A program made the translations under genes and the position numbers. From positions 64,001-128,000 of the forward strand of contig CAWAWS010000033.1 in the NCBI GenBank assembly GCA_963785725.1: DNA of 64,000 nucleotides, written 5' to 3'. Positions 37,205 to 47,949 of this stretch are shown here, piece after piece (within the stretch, counting starts at the first letter, position 1; each line of letters starts with the position of its first letter). Under the pieces are notes generated by a model that worked only from the letters and a program-made list of their open reading frames with translations, did no database searches and had not been told where the DNA came from. The stretch is from an uncultured delta proteobacterium. Its GTDB lineage: Bacteria > Myxococcota_A > Polyangia > Palsa-1104.

Positions 37205-37308
37205 CCCGGTCGGCAGACTACCCGCGCCGGCGCGCCAATTCAACGGCCGCGGCGGCGCCGCCGCCCGTCAGTGACCGGTGGTCATCGAGTCGGCAGAGCC
37301 GACCCCGA

Positions 37309-37518
37309 TCAGCGAGGCGTCGGCAGCGGCGCCAGCGGCACGCCGCCGATGGGCGTCACGCGGCGGATGCGCTGCTCGGCCACGCGCGCGGCAAAACAGG
37401 CGCCGCACAAGGTACAGCGCGTCGACAAGCCGTTCGTCTCGACGGCGATGAGCGCCGGAGCCGCGTGGCAGCTGCTGCAAATCGCCGGCAGCATGGGCGC
37501 GCTTTTCGTTCGCGACAT
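37309..37518 (-). CDS. Small zinc-ribbon protein (CxxC-x17-CxxC)
   Basis: CSSC-HAAPALIAVETNGLSTR-CTLC, spacing as in MJ0042-type fingers; short, start uncertain. Confidence 0.45.
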   Translation of the reverse strand: MSRTKSAPMLPAICSSCHAAPALIAVETNGLSTRCTLCGACFAARVAEQRIRRVTPIGGVPLAPLPTPR

Positions 37519-37648
37519 CCATTTGGAATAGTCGCTCGGGAGGCGAATGTAAATACGGCTTAAGACCGACATATCGACCTGTAATCCCATCATAAATGTA
37601 TGATTGACCCGCTCTGAATTCAGGCGGCGAGAACGCCCATCGTCGGGT

Positions 37649-39001
37649 CTAGCGTTGGCCGAGCTGAAACACCGAGCTCTCGAGGAAATCGTTGAGGAAG
37701 ATGCGGTCGGGATCGAACTGCTGCCGAATTTCCAGGAAGCGATCCATCTGCGGATAGCGCGCCTTGATCTGCTCGGGACGCAGGATGTATTTGCCCCAGT
37801 GCGGCCGCGCCGTCGCGAACTGCAGCATCGTGTTCGTATAGTCGAGATAAAAGGGCTCGATGTTGGGCGTACCGGTGCAGGTCACGGCCTCGATGTCGCA
37901 GATCGGCCGACCATAAGCCGGCGACAGCAGCGCCTGCGACAGGCCGATGAAGCGCGAGTGAACGACCATGTTGACCGGATATTGCGGCGGCGAGCGGCGC
38001 GCGTAGGACGTGACCAGATCCATCGCCGCGCGCCACGCGTCCGCGGAATCCTCGAGCGGCACGCCCCACGACATGTCCCAATTCTTCGGATAGGCCTGCT
38101 GATAGTGGAACTCGACCGAGCTCGGCTCGACGCGCACGCCCGGCCGCACGGCGAAGAACGGCGCCACCTTCATGAACAGCGGCGTCAGCTGCGGAAGATA
38201 GCGCGCCGTCAGCGGCAAGATCACCTGGCCCGAGAACATCGTGGCGATGTAATCGAGCACGTTCTGCTCGATGCCGTGCAAGGTCGTGGCGTCCGACGGC
38301 TCGTTGGTGCGGTTCATGAGCTTGCACCACATGGTGTCGGCGCCGGGAAACCAGAAGAGCTCGACGAAATCGTAAGAGGCGAGCATGTCGTTCAACCCGC
38401 TCAGGACTTCGCGGCGCGAGATGAAGCGATCTTCGACGTGGACGTTGTAGGCCGGATGCATGCGCAGCTTGGCCGAGTAGATGATGCCCATCGAGCCGAG
38501 GGCGACGCGCGCGGCGTCGAGGACGTCGCCGTGATGCTGCTCGATGTAGTGCGGCGTCCCCGAGGCGTCGACGATCGTCATGGCGATGACTTCGTCGGAG
38601 ATCGTCGACGAATGCAGGCCCGTGCCGTGCGCGCCGACGCCGATGGCGCCGCCCATGGCCACGCCTTGGAAGATCGTGGGCGTGATGATCGACAGCTCGT
38701 GCGTCTCGGTGAACGACACGAGCTCGCGCATCGACACGCCGCACTCGACGGTCACCGACGGATTCGGCCCCGAATCATCGAGTGACAGGCAGCGCGTCAG
38801 CTTCGACAGGTCGATGATGCTGCCCGTCGTCGGCACGAGCGGGCTCCACGAGCAGCTGTTGCCGGCGACGCGCACGCGACCGTTCTTGGCCGCCGTCTTG
38901 ACGTCCTCGCACAGCTCGTCGAGGCCGCCCGGCTGATAGAGATCGGCGGTGCAGCTGAGGTTCTGGTTCCAGTTGGTCCACTGAAAGTTGGGCGTTGGCA
39001 T
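37649..39001 (-). CDS. FAD-binding oxidoreductase, aldonolactone oxidase (ALO/GULO) family
   Basis: WTNW, VRVAGNSCSWS, GGAIGVGAHGTG, RVALGSMGII, RPHWGK, FDPDRIFLN. Confidence 0.9.
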   Translation of the reverse strand: MPTPNFQWTNWNQNLSCTADLYQPGGLDELCEDVKTAAKNGRVRVAGNSCSWSPLVPTTGSIIDLSKLTRCLSLDDSGPNPSVTVECGVSMRELVSFTETHELSIITPTIFQGVAMGGAIGVGAHGTGLHSSTISDEVIAMTIVDASGTPHYIEQHHGDVLDAARVALGSMGIIYSAKLRMHPAYNVHVEDRFISRREVLSGLNDMLASYDFVELFWFPGADTMWCKLMNRTNEPSDATTLHGIEQNVLDYIATMFSGQVILPLTARYLPQLTPLFMKVAPFFAVRPGVRVEPSSVEFHYQQAYPKNWDMSWGVPLEDSADAWRAAMDLVTSYARRSPPQYPVNMVVHSRFIGLSQALLSPAYGRPICDIEAVTCTGTPNIEPFYLDYTNTMLQFATARPHWGKYILRPEQIKARYPQMDRFLEIRQQFDPDRIFLNDFLESSVFQLGQR

Positions 39002-39010
39002 CCGTCACCC

Positions 39011-40795
39011 TCAGATGTTGATCGAGTTGGGAACCAGCGACGGCAACAGATACTGATACGGCCGCGGTCGCGTGCGATTTCGTTCGGTGATGGTCGCCTG
39101 AATCTCCGCCAGCCCCGCGTGCAGCCGCGCGATGGCGTCTTTGGCGACCGCGACTTTGCCGAGCGGGTAGTGGTCGTACTCGCCGAAGCGATCGTAGCGA
39201 TAATTGGCGATCTGATTGTTCTCGAACTGATCGGCGGCGACGTCGATCGGCGGCAGCGTGTCGATGATTCGATGCGGCGTCACCGTCTCGGTCTCGGGCG
39301 GCGGCAGGATGGGCGCGCCCGGAAACGCCGGGATATACGTGAAGTAGTCGGTCTGCGGATAGTGCACCGCCGCGTGGCCGGGGCCGGCCATGAACAGGAA
39401 CTGCGTCAGCACGCGCGCCAGCTCGGGCACGCTCGACAAGCGGTCGCCGGCGAAGAGGCCGCGCAAGTTGCCGCCGTCGGGCGCTTGCAGCTCGCGCGCC
39501 CACGCTTGCAGCTCCCAGTCGCTCGGGATGTCGTTGATGCCGTGATAGAACTGCTGCAAGTAGTCGTTCACGAAGCGCTCGATCACCGGCAGCCACAAGC
39601 GCGCGTCGTCACGATAGGGATACTCGCGCGGCTGCTCGCCGACGCCGCGCGCGTCGAGGTCGTGCTCGAGCGCCAGGTCGTTCAGCGTCCACGTTTCATA
39701 GGACGTGATCATGATCTGGCGCGTCTCGCACAATTCGCCCGCGTAGATCTCGTCGAAGACGCTGCCCGGCGTGTTCATGAGCTGAAAGGCCTTGCCGTTG
39801 ACCGCCAGCGTGTAGGCGAGGTGCGGCTCGAGCAGCACGTAAATCGGATGCGTCGGCGACAGCTGCCGCCGCGTCGTGAGCGCGAACGGCTCCGCCGAAT
39901 AGTGGTGACGATAGAGGTGCACCGACATCGCCTGCAGGTTGAACTCGGCCGCCTCCACGAACGTCTTCGCGAGCAGCCAGCGCTCGTCCTTGTCCGAGCG
40001 CAGATAGAGCGGATTGGGCGCCGCCGCGTCCTTCTGATCGCAGGAGATGGCGACGGGCACGAGCTCGCAGAAGGCGTCGTCGCCGGGCCGCTGGCAAAAG
40101 AGCGCGACCGGGCAGGGCAGGTATTTGCCGCGCCAGCGCGAGTCGCGGCGGCTCGACGTCTGCGGAATGAGCGAGCGCTGCAGGATGCGATAGTCGGCAA
40201 TGAACAGATTGCCGGCGGCCAAGTCGTCGGCCATCGTGCGCGACGGGCCCATCACCGAGCGATATTGCTCTTCGGTGATCGGCATCGTCGCTTGCAGCTC
40301 GTCGATCGAGCGCACGCGCGCCAACAAGAGCGGATTGGGACCGTCGACGCGATTGCGCGCGAAGAAGCCGTCCTCGCGCCAGCGCTCCACTTCGGGCGGC
40401 GGCGGGAGATCGAAGAGGCGGCTGAAGAGGCGGCGAAACGCCTTCATCTTGTCGACGGGCGCGCCCAAAAACGCGCGCAAGCCCCACCAGGCCTTCTTCA
40501 GCTCGGTGTCGGCCAGGGCGCGCAAATAGGTCGGCAAAAAAGGCAGCGCCCAGCTCAGCCCATAGTTCTCCCAAATCGGGAATCGGTCGGCGATGGCGAT
40601 GGGCGCGAGCGAGTTGTAGCGGCGATCTTGCGGCAAATAGGAGTACAGCGAGCGGATGACGTCGAGCGCCAGCGCGCGCTTGTTGGGATGCGGATCGCGC
40701 TGCGGCAAACACGGCGCCGGCATCCCCGAACGACCGACCGGCAACTCGTAGCGGACCTTGAGCAAGAGCGCTTCCAGCGTCTGGACCAAAGGCAT
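39011..40795 (-). CDS. Lipoxygenase
   Basis: FFARNRVDGPNP, WLLAK, HLYRHHYSAE, HPIYVLLEPH, YPYRDD, DWELQAW, GHAAVHYPQ, C-terminal PNSINI; AGGAGG RBS. Confidence 0.95.
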   Translation of the reverse strand: MPLVQTLEALLLKVRYELPVGRSGMPAPCLPQRDPHPNKRALALDVIRSLYSYLPQDRRYNSLAPIAIADRFPIWENYGLSWALPFLPTYLRALADTELKKAWWGLRAFLGAPVDKMKAFRRLFSRLFDLPPPPEVERWREDGFFARNRVDGPNPLLLARVRSIDELQATMPITEEQYRSVMGPSRTMADDLAAGNLFIADYRILQRSLIPQTSSRRDSRWRGKYLPCPVALFCQRPGDDAFCELVPVAISCDQKDAAAPNPLYLRSDKDERWLLAKTFVEAAEFNLQAMSVHLYRHHYSAEPFALTTRRQLSPTHPIYVLLEPHLAYTLAVNGKAFQLMNTPGSVFDEIYAGELCETRQIMITSYETWTLNDLALEHDLDARGVGEQPREYPYRDDARLWLPVIERFVNDYLQQFYHGINDIPSDWELQAWARELQAPDGGNLRGLFAGDRLSSVPELARVLTQFLFMAGPGHAAVHYPQTDYFTYIPAFPGAPILPPPETETVTPHRIIDTLPPIDVAADQFENNQIANYRYDRFGEYDHYPLGKVAVAKDAIARLHAGLAEIQATITERNRTRPRPYQYLLPSLVPNSINI

Positions 40796-40827
40796 GCGCA
40801 GTCCTCCTGACGAGCGTTATCCAGCGT

Positions 40828-43800
40828 TCATTCGGGATATCCGGCGGCTTGCGAGCGCACCCACGGCGCCGGATTGACGACGCCGAGCGCGCGCATGGCC
40901 CCCTCCGCTTCGGCGACGAGCGCGCGGCCGGCGTTGCCGCCGAGGAGCTGCCCTTTGCGCCGGCGCGCGTAGGCGCTCTCGAGCGGCAGGGCGGCTTCGG
41001 CGAAGGCGGCCAGCGCGACGTCGACGGCGGCGAGCGCGGCGTCGCGCCGGCCGCGGCGGATGGCGATGGCCGCGCGCCACATGGCCGTCTGCCCGCTGGC
41101 GTAGGGATAGCCGGAGTCGCCGCAGACGTCGACGTCGGACTCGGCGGCGCTCAACGCCGACGGCTCGTGACCGCGCGCCGCCAAGAGGCAGCCGGCGCGC
41201 AGGCCGTGAAAGACGAGCCGGAAGTTGGCCGAGCGCATGAGGCCGGTCGCCTTCAACATCGGCCACGCGGCTTCGAGTCGGCGCAAGCCGTCGGCCGGGC
41301 GACCGGCGTAGAGATCGCTGTAGCACTCGAACTTGAGCGCCGTGGTCTTGATGTAGTGGTCGCCGATGGGCGCGCGCGCGAGCGCCTCGTCGATGCGCTC
41401 TTTGGCGACGGCCGGCTGATCGGCGGCCAGCGGCGGGATCGCCGAGTAGAGGCGCGCGCACACCTCGCTGTAGCGATTGCCCGACGCGCGCGCGTCGGCG
41501 GCGGCGCGCTCGGTACGGCGGGCCAGCTCGTCGAAGCGGCCGAGCAGCTGCAAGTCGAGGATGGCGTTGAGCTCGGCCTTCTGGATCTCGCTCTGCACAC
41601 CGCGGCACTGCCGGAGCAGCGTCTGCGCCTCCTCGAACGCCGCCAGCGCCTCGACCCAGCGGCCGCGCGTGTGCTCGACGAACGCCGTCCAAAAGCGCAA
41701 CAGGCCGAGCACGTAAGGCGTGCCGAGGCCGTCGGCGATGATGCGCGCGCGCTCGATCATCTTCTTGCCCATCGGCGAGCCGACGACCGAGAGGCCGCTG
41801 CCGACGGCGGCCATGCCTTCGACGACGCGCGACGGCTCGCCCGCGGTCAACGCCAAGACGAGCGCGCGGGCCGAGAAGCGCGTCGACGCGATCGGATCAC
41901 GCATAGTCAAGCTACGACTGGCCGAGTAGCAGAGATCGATGCGAAAGCGCGTCATGGCGTCGATCTCGCTCTCGGCGCGCTCCACGAAGTCGAGGCCACG
42001 CCAGCGCAGCCGCAACAAGTCGGCGCCGAAGCCGACCATGGCGCGCGCCGACGTCTTTGGGCGCGACAGGCCCACTTGCGCGCACAGCTCGTCGAGGAGG
42101 GCCAAGCCTTCGTCGCTGTGGCCGCCCATGAGGTACTGCTCGCAGGCCGAGCGACGCAGCAAGAGCGCGTCCAAGCCCGACGCTTGCGCGGCCGCTTCGA
42201 GGTAGCGCGGCGCGGCTTCGGCGCAGCGACCGGCGTTGGCGAGCGCGGCGGCATGCTTGGCCAGCGGCGAACAATCGTGCGGCCGCCAATCGAGCGCCTT
42301 GCCATACAGCTCGGCGGCTTCGTCGAAGGCGAGCGCGGCTTCGGCCTCGGCGGCGGCGCGCAGCGCGTAATCGGCGGCCCGATCGAGCTCGCCCGCTTCG
42401 TGCAAATGCTTGGCGACGAGGCCCGGCAGCACCGTGCGATTGGCGGCATAGGCCGAGGCCAACGCCAGATGCAGCCCACGCCGCTTCTCCGGCTCGAGCG
42501 CGCGGGCGACAATCTCGCGGATGCGGTCGTGATAAGGCGCCACTTGCTCGCGCCCGTCGGTGTGCCGGGTGCGCAACAGATGGCCGGCGCGCAGGCGGTT
42601 GAGCAGCGTGCGGTCGATGGAGTCGAGGCCGGCCGCGTGGCGCGCGATCTCGACGTCGACGGGACGACCGGCCAAGCCGACGACCGCCAAGAAGCGCTGC
42701 CACGGCTCGGGCAGCTCGTCGATGCGCTGCGCGACCATGTGCTCGAGCAGCGCCTGACGCTGCTCCAAGTCGGGCGTATGCGGCTGCGCCGCGCGGGTGT
42801 CGGCGTGCGTGAAGCGCACCAGCTCCTCGAGCAGGAGCGGGTTGCCGGCGGCCTCGCGCACCAGCTCGGCGACGACACCGGGACGCGTGCGGCGCCGCTG
42901 CAACAGCGCCGTCGCCAGCGCTTCGCAGTCGCTGGCCGGGATGCGCTCGAGCGCCAGGCGGCGGCGATCGGTCGTGTCCGCCGCCGTCGCCGCCAACGCG
43001 CGCAGCTCGCGCAAGAACGGGCTCGATTCGCCGTCTTCGTTGCGATAGGTCAGTAAGAGCAGCAGCGGCGGCGCGTTGGGCGGCTCGAGCAGCTGATGCA
43101 GCAGCACCGCCGAGTCGACGTCGCCCCAGTGCACGTCGTCGAGCAGCATGACCACGTGCTGCTCCTTGCCGAGGTCGCGCAGGAGCTCGCGCAAGGCTTC
43201 GACGGCGCTGCGGCGCACTTCGAGGGCGCTGCGGCCGTCGTCGGGCGCGTCGCCGGCGTTGGCGGTCACGAAGCCGGGCACGCGGCCGAGCACGGGAAAC
43301 AGCCGCGCCAAGTCGGCGACGGCGCGCGGCCAGGCGTTGGCGCTCGTCTGCCAGCGGCGCAAGAGCACACGGCTCAGCTCGTCGATGACGCCGTCGAACG
43401 CGCGATACGGCAGCGTCTCTTGCTCGTAGAATCGGCCGACCAGCACGAGCGCGTCCGGGCTGTCGACGAGGTTGCCGAGAAAATGCTCGCACAGCGCCGT
43501 CTTGCCCAGGCCCGACTCGCCCGACAGCTCGACGACGACCGGCCGACCCGGCTGCACCGCCTTGAACGCCGCACTCAGCTGCTGAAGCTCGGCCGTGCGG
43601 CTGATGAAGACGTGGCGCGGCCCCTGATCGCTGTGCACCTCGGCGATGTCGCGACCTTGCAAGCGGCGCAGGACTTCGGGCCCCGTCGGCCGCTGCTCGG
43701 CCGTCACTTGCAGCAAGTCCTGGCACAGCTGGCTCAGATGCTCGGGGATCGCCGGGTCGATGAGCTGCGGGCGAATCGGCCGGCGCGTGAAGATGGCGGT

Positions 43801-44523
43801 GCCGATCTGGCTCGGCGAGCCGTCGAACGGCGGCACGCCGACGAGCGCTTCGTAGAGCACGACGCCGAACGAGTACCAGTCGCTGGCTTCGGTCACCGGG
43901 CCCGCCGTCCACTGCTCGGGCGACATGTAGAGCGGCGTGCCCACGATCTCGCCCTCGACGTTCGCCGCCAGCGGTCGCGTCTCCGTCGCCAGCCCGAAGT
44001 CGAGCACGACGACGCGCGAGTCGGGGGTCACCAAAATGTTCGACGGCTTGACGTCGCGATGCAAGAGGCCGGCCTCGTGCAGCGCGCACAGCGCCTCGGC
44101 CAGCTGACCGAAGACGGCGCGCACGTGCGCCAGATCGAGCGCCGGCATCGGCACGCGCTCGCGCCGCGGCGCCCCGCCCCGCGCCGACATCGCCTCGACG
44201 GTGACCGCCTGCTCGACCGGCACCAGCTCGGGCCGCAAGTGCTCCAGCATCGTACGCCCGGGCACCAGCTCCATCGTGAAATACCAGGCGTCGTGCGACT
44301 GGAACAGCTCGTACAGCGACACCAAGTTCGGGTGCGCCATTTCCGCGAGGAGCCGAAACTCCTTCTTGAATCGATAGATCGACTCGGGGCTCTGCTGGCG
44401 CAGCTGCTTGAGCGCGACGGGGATGCCGAGCTCGCGATCGAACGCGGCATAGACGGTGCCGAAGCCGCCCTCGCCTAGTCGCTCGCGGACCTCGAATCGC
44501 TCCTGGCCCGTGAACCCTTCCAT
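40828..44523 (-). CDS. Ser/Thr protein kinase with AAA/STAND-like NTPase and helical repeats (paralog of 33353-37204)
   Basis: [49 protein letters not shown]. Confidence 0.93.
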   Translation of the reverse strand: MEGFTGQERFEVRERLGEGGFGTVYAAFDRELGIPVALKQLRQQSPESIYRFKKEFRLLAEMAHPNLVSLYELFQSHDAWYFTMELVPGRTMLEHLRPELVPVEQAVTVEAMSARGGAPRRERVPMPALDLAHVRAVFGQLAEALCALHEAGLLHRDVKPSNILVTPDSRVVVLDFGLATETRPLAANVEGEIVGTPLYMSPEQWTAGPVTEASDWYSFGVVLYEALVGVPPFDGSPSQIGTAIFTRRPIRPQLIDPAIPEHLSQLCQDLLQVTAEQRPTGPEVLRRLQGRDIAEVHSDQGPRHVFISRTAELQQLSAAFKAVQPGRPVVVELSGESGLGKTALCEHFLGNLVDSPDALVLVGRFYEQETLPYRAFDGVIDELSRVLLRRWQTSANAWPRAVADLARLFPVLGRVPGFVTANAGDAPDDGRSALEVRRSAVEALRELLRDLGKEQHVVMLLDDVHWGDVDSAVLLHQLLEPPNAPPLLLLLTYRNEDGESSPFLRELRALAATAADTTDRRRLALERIPASDCEALATALLQRRRTRPGVVAELVREAAGNPLLLEELVRFTHADTRAAQPHTPDLEQRQALLEHMVAQRIDELPEPWQRFLAVVGLAGRPVDVEIARHAAGLDSIDRTLLNRLRAGHLLRTRHTDGREQVAPYHDRIREIVARALEPEKRRGLHLALASAYAANRTVLPGLVAKHLHEAGELDRAADYALRAAAEAEAALAFDEAAELYGKALDWRPHDCSPLAKHAAALANAGRCAEAAPRYLEAAAQASGLDALLLRRSACEQYLMGGHSDEGLALLDELCAQVGLSRPKTSARAMVGFGADLLRLRWRGLDFVERAESEIDAMTRFRIDLCYSASRSLTMRDPIASTRFSARALVLALTAGEPSRVVEGMAAVGSGLSVVGSPMGKKMIERARIIADGLGTPYVLGLLRFWTAFVEHTRGRWVEALAAFEEAQTLLRQCRGVQSEIQKAELNAILDLQLLGRFDELARRTERAAADARASGNRYSEVCARLYSAIPPLAADQPAVAKERIDEALARAPIGDHYIKTTALKFECYSDLYAGRPADGLRRLEAAWPMLKATGLMRSANFRLVFHGLRAGCLLAARGHEPSALSAAESDVDVCGDSGYPYASGQTAMWRAAIAIRRGRRDAALAAVDVALAAFAEAALPLESAYARRRKGQLLGGNAGRALVAEAEGAMRALGVVNPAPWVRSQAAGYPE

Positions 44524-44736
44524 GCGGTGCGGCTCTAGCCTCCTCGGGAGTGCCACAGTATCAGGAGTTCACCGAGGGAGGCAATATCAGCACACCCGCG
44601 TCCCGGCTTACGGCCGCGATCCCGGCGACGGCAGCGGATTTGGGCGCGCGCGCGGCGACGGCCAAGTAGCGTAAAAAGATGCGGCAAATTGTCGCACTTC
44701 GAGAGCAGCTGCCCGGCGCTGCGGGCGCGATAGGAA

Positions 44737-46428
44737 TTACGAGATCGGGATCTGGAAGTTGTCCCACGCCGGCGTGTGATTGCCTTCCGTCGTCAGCTGG
44801 TTCCACAAATACAGGGCCGGATAGGTCTTCATGACACCGCTATCGATGACGACCGGCGTCACGAATAGCTGCGGCGTCGAGAGGTCATTGCGCTTGGACG
44901 AGAACGTCAACCAATAGAACGTGCGCGTTCCCACCGTCGTCGTATCGGGCGCCCATTTCGGCCAGCTATTGGTGAGCCCAGGACTGGCGACGCCGGTGCA
45001 CGCCGCCGGATCATTGGCCGCGAGCCGCGTCGGTATCGTCGACGAGCCGTCGGCGTTGACGATCGAGATCTCGGCCGGCGCGTTGGCCGGCGTGTAATTG
45101 TTGTTGCCCACCGGCATCGCCGTGAACGCGATGTACTTGTCGTCCGGCGAGAATGACGGGAAATACTCGTTGCGCCCGGAATTGGCCGCGCCGCCCAATG
45201 CCACTGACGTTCCGCCGGCGCCATTGGTGAATGCCACTTTGCGCAGATCGCCGTCCGTCATTTGATATCCGGATCCCGACGACGAGCCACTGGCATAGAC
45301 AATCGTCATGCCGTCGTGACTGAACGCCGGCGCGCCCGGAAATTTGCCGGTCGCTTCGCCGGTCGCGATGTTCGTCTGCGCGCCCGTCTCCAAGTTCGTC
45401 GAGATCATCGAATAGCCGGGGAAGTCGGAGTTGACCATCGGCCCCGTCGGCTTGAGCGACACCATCAAGCGATCGCCCGTCGTCCAATGCGCCTTCGAGA
45501 ACACCGGCATCGTCGAGCCATTGAACGCGAGATCGGCCTGCACCGCCGCCGACGCCGTGATGAAGCTCGGCACCGTCGCGTTGCCGTCCGTCGAGAAGAG
45601 CCCGATCTGCGCCGGCCGGCCGTCCTGATTCGTCGAGGTCCACGCCAGGCCGATATACAAACCATCGGGCGTCGACGCGTGGCAGGCGATGCAGCCGGTC
45701 TGACCGCCCGGCGACTGCGACTGAGTCATGACCACTTTCGGCGTCGAGTCGTCACCGAAGTTGAAGCCCTTCATCGACGTGTTGAGCGTGCCCGTCTGCT
45801 CCGCCCAATAGACAATCGCGCCCGGCGCGCTCGCCGGCGCGATCGTCAGGTCGCCCGTCGAGCCCAGCGACGGACCGGCCGTCAAGGCGCTGCCCGTCAA
45901 CACGGCGCCTCTGATCGTGACCGTGACCGGCTGATCGGTGTGCGTGCTCAGTCCTTGCCACATCGTCTGCGGCATGGCCCAGCTCTTCGACTGCGTATAA
46001 ACGAGCAAATCGTTTACTTCGCCCGCCGTGTGAATGCGGATTTCGAATATGTTTTGATTCCCGACCGGCGTCATATCGAAGCGCGGCCGCAGGAAGTTTT
46101 GCGGCAGCAAGGCGCCGATCGGCGGCTGCGTCAAGCACGGGCCGCCCGTCGCCGAGCCGCTGCCGGCGGCGCCGAAGAGGCCGGGCGCCGTCGTCGGCGT
46201 CGTGCCGTCGATGATGGGCGCGGCCGGGAAATCCGAGCCCGGCGTCGCGACCGCCATATCGGGCGACGAATCTCCGCCGCCACCGCCGCCGGTGCCACCG
46301 CCGCTGCCACCGCCACCGCCACCCGCGCCACCGTCGCTCTTGGTGCCCGAACGTCCCGAGCCGGCGGAGCCACAGCCACTGACGACCAGCGTCGCGGCTA
46401 AGAGAAGCGAAGACACTGAAAGACGCAT
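44737..46428 (-). CDS. TolB/PD40 beta-propeller lipoprotein with one CxxCH motif
   Basis: Lipobox VSGC; CIACH; PAFSHDG, PSFSPDDKYIAF, WPKWAPD, WLTFSSKR. Confidence 0.8.
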   Translation of the reverse strand: MRLSVSSLLLAATLVVSGCGSAGSGRSGTKSDGGAGGGGGGSGGGTGGGGGGDSSPDMAVATPGSDFPAAPIIDGTTPTTAPGLFGAAGSGSATGGPCLTQPPIGALLPQNFLRPRFDMTPVGNQNIFEIRIHTAGEVNDLLVYTQSKSWAMPQTMWQGLSTHTDQPVTVTIRGAVLTGSALTAGPSLGSTGDLTIAPASAPGAIVYWAEQTGTLNTSMKGFNFGDDSTPKVVMTQSQSPGGQTGCIACHASTPDGLYIGLAWTSTNQDGRPAQIGLFSTDGNATVPSFITASAAVQADLAFNGSTMPVFSKAHWTTGDRLMVSLKPTGPMVNSDFPGYSMISTNLETGAQTNIATGEATGKFPGAPAFSHDGMTIVYASGSSSGSGYQMTDGDLRKVAFTNGAGGTSVALGGAANSGRNEYFPSFSPDDKYIAFTAMPVGNNNYTPANAPAEISIVNADGSSTIPTRLAANDPAACTGVASPGLTNSWPKWAPDTTTVGTRTFYWLTFSSKRNDLSTPQLFVTPVVIDSGVMKTYPALYLWNQLTTEGNHTPAWDNFQIPIS

Positions 46429-46565
46429 GATTCACTCTATCGTGTCCGATCGACTGCGGCCACGCTTCAGAACGGCTAGGGCAAACCCTCTACAAATGCA
46501 GCGATGGGCGACGTGACAAGTTTCGTTGACGTATCGCGAGCGAGACGGTCGCTTAAGGGGTCGGC

Positions 46566-47723
46566 CTAACGAAGTTGGACGCTCACTTCCATATTCTCGC
46601 TCGCGATCCCCGACTGCACGAACTGCTTACCGGTCGTGTTACGGCCGAGCGCGTTATCGAAGAACGCCTGCGCCGCGGCTTTCGTCAGATCCTGCTGACG
46701 GCCGGCGTCGAGCGACGGCGTCGTCGGGATCGTCGTGCACGCCGCCGGGCACACGCTCGGATCCTGCGCGATGCCCTGCGCGGCCGTGCCCAGCGACGAG
46801 AACGAGCTGGCGTCGAGCATGCCCAGCGCTTTACAGCCGAAGGCGTCGTAGTTCGTCGCCGCGTCCAAGAACGCAGCCGCCGTCGCGAAGCCGGTGTGCG
46901 AGCCGGCGGCGAAGGCCATGAGCTCGCTGGGCGACTTCGTGAACGGGAAGATGCGCAGCTCGTTGGCCGCCGGATCGACGATCGCGTCCGAGCTGCCGTA
47001 CATCATCAAGAGCGGCAGCGCCGGCGCGTTGGCGAAATACTCGGCCGTGAACATGCACGACGGCGGCGCCATCGCCAGCACCGCCTTCAGCCGCGGATCG
47101 CGCATCGTCGGGTGGTAACCCAATAATAGAGTCGTCAGCCCGCCCAGCGACAAGCCGGACGCGACGATGCGGTCGGGGTCGATGCTGGCGGCGATGGCCG
47201 CCGTCGGTCCGCTCGCCGTGAGCAGCTGATCGATGACGAAGCTGTCGTCGAGCGGCTGATTGGCCGTGTCGTCGATGGTCGGGTTGCCGGGCGCGTTGGC
47301 CTGCGACAGCGGGAAATCGGGCGCGGCCACGATGTAGCCATAGCTCGCCAAATGCTCACCCAGATAGGACTCGCCATCATTGGAGTCCATGAAACCGTGA
47401 CTATGAATGACGAGCGGATAGTGGCCGGGCGCGAGCGGCGCGTCGGTCTCGGAGCCGCCAACCTGCGCCGTCGGGTACCAGACCTGCGTCACCAGCGTGC
47501 GGTTGGGCGCGCCGGCGTAGGTGCCGTTGGCGGGCGTCGGGCGCGAGTTGTCGACGAAGGTGAACGTCGTGAGGCCGATGCTCATGGGACCGTCCGCGAC
47601 CCATTGGGCCGTCGTCTTGGTCGTGTTGGTGGACTTGGCGGAGCCGCCGCAGCCGGCAAAGCCTGCGCAAAAGAGGCCGGCCGAGACGAAGCTAAGACAT
47701 CGTAGGGTTTTGGGCGTTCGCAT
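46566..47723 (-). CDS. Alpha/beta hydrolase lipoprotein (PAF-acetylhydrolase/dienelactone hydrolase-like)
   Basis: VWYP, PLVIHSHG, LASYGYIVAAPDF, GLSLGG nucleophile, GSSDAIV, GSH. Confidence 0.88.
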   Translation of the reverse strand: MRTPKTLRCLSFVSAGLFCAGFAGCGGSAKSTNTTKTTAQWVADGPMSIGLTTFTFVDNSRPTPANGTYAGAPNRTLVTQVWYPTAQVGGSETDAPLAPGHYPLVIHSHGFMDSNDGESYLGEHLASYGYIVAAPDFPLSQANAPGNPTIDDTANQPLDDSFVIDQLLTASGPTAAIAASIDPDRIVASGLSLGGLTTLLLGYHPTMRDPRLKAVLAMAPPSCMFTAEYFANAPALPLLMMYGSSDAIVDPAANELRIFPFTKSPSELMAFAAGSHTGFATAAAFLDAATNYDAFGCKALGMLDASSFSSLGTAAQGIAQDPSVCPAACTTIPTTPSLDAGRQQDLTKAAAQAFFDNALGRNTTGKQFVQSGIASENMEVSVQLR

Positions 47724-47949
47724 GGCGCGCAGCATACGCCGAACGCCGTGAAAACCGCGATCGAGTGATCACGCGCACGCGATGGTGGCAAGAGCGGGAG
47801 TACAGTGGTCGCAGCGGCGAATTCACGACATTCGTGTCCGACGCTTGGCGAATTCCTGACGGATGGAGCGGCTCACACCCAAGCCGCACTTGGAAAATGA
47901 GCGAGCACGCCGCCTGCAAGGGCGTTCTCGCCGAGCGGAGGGGGAGATC

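Noticed and set aside
37309..37518. CSSCH read as a heme c site
   Set aside because: There is no export signal, and a second CxxC makes a zinc ribbon more likely.
33437..44478. Many long Arg/Ala-rich antisense and alternate-frame ORFs over the kinases
   Set aside because: Expected in high-GC DNA; they carry no motifs and conflict with well-supported genes.
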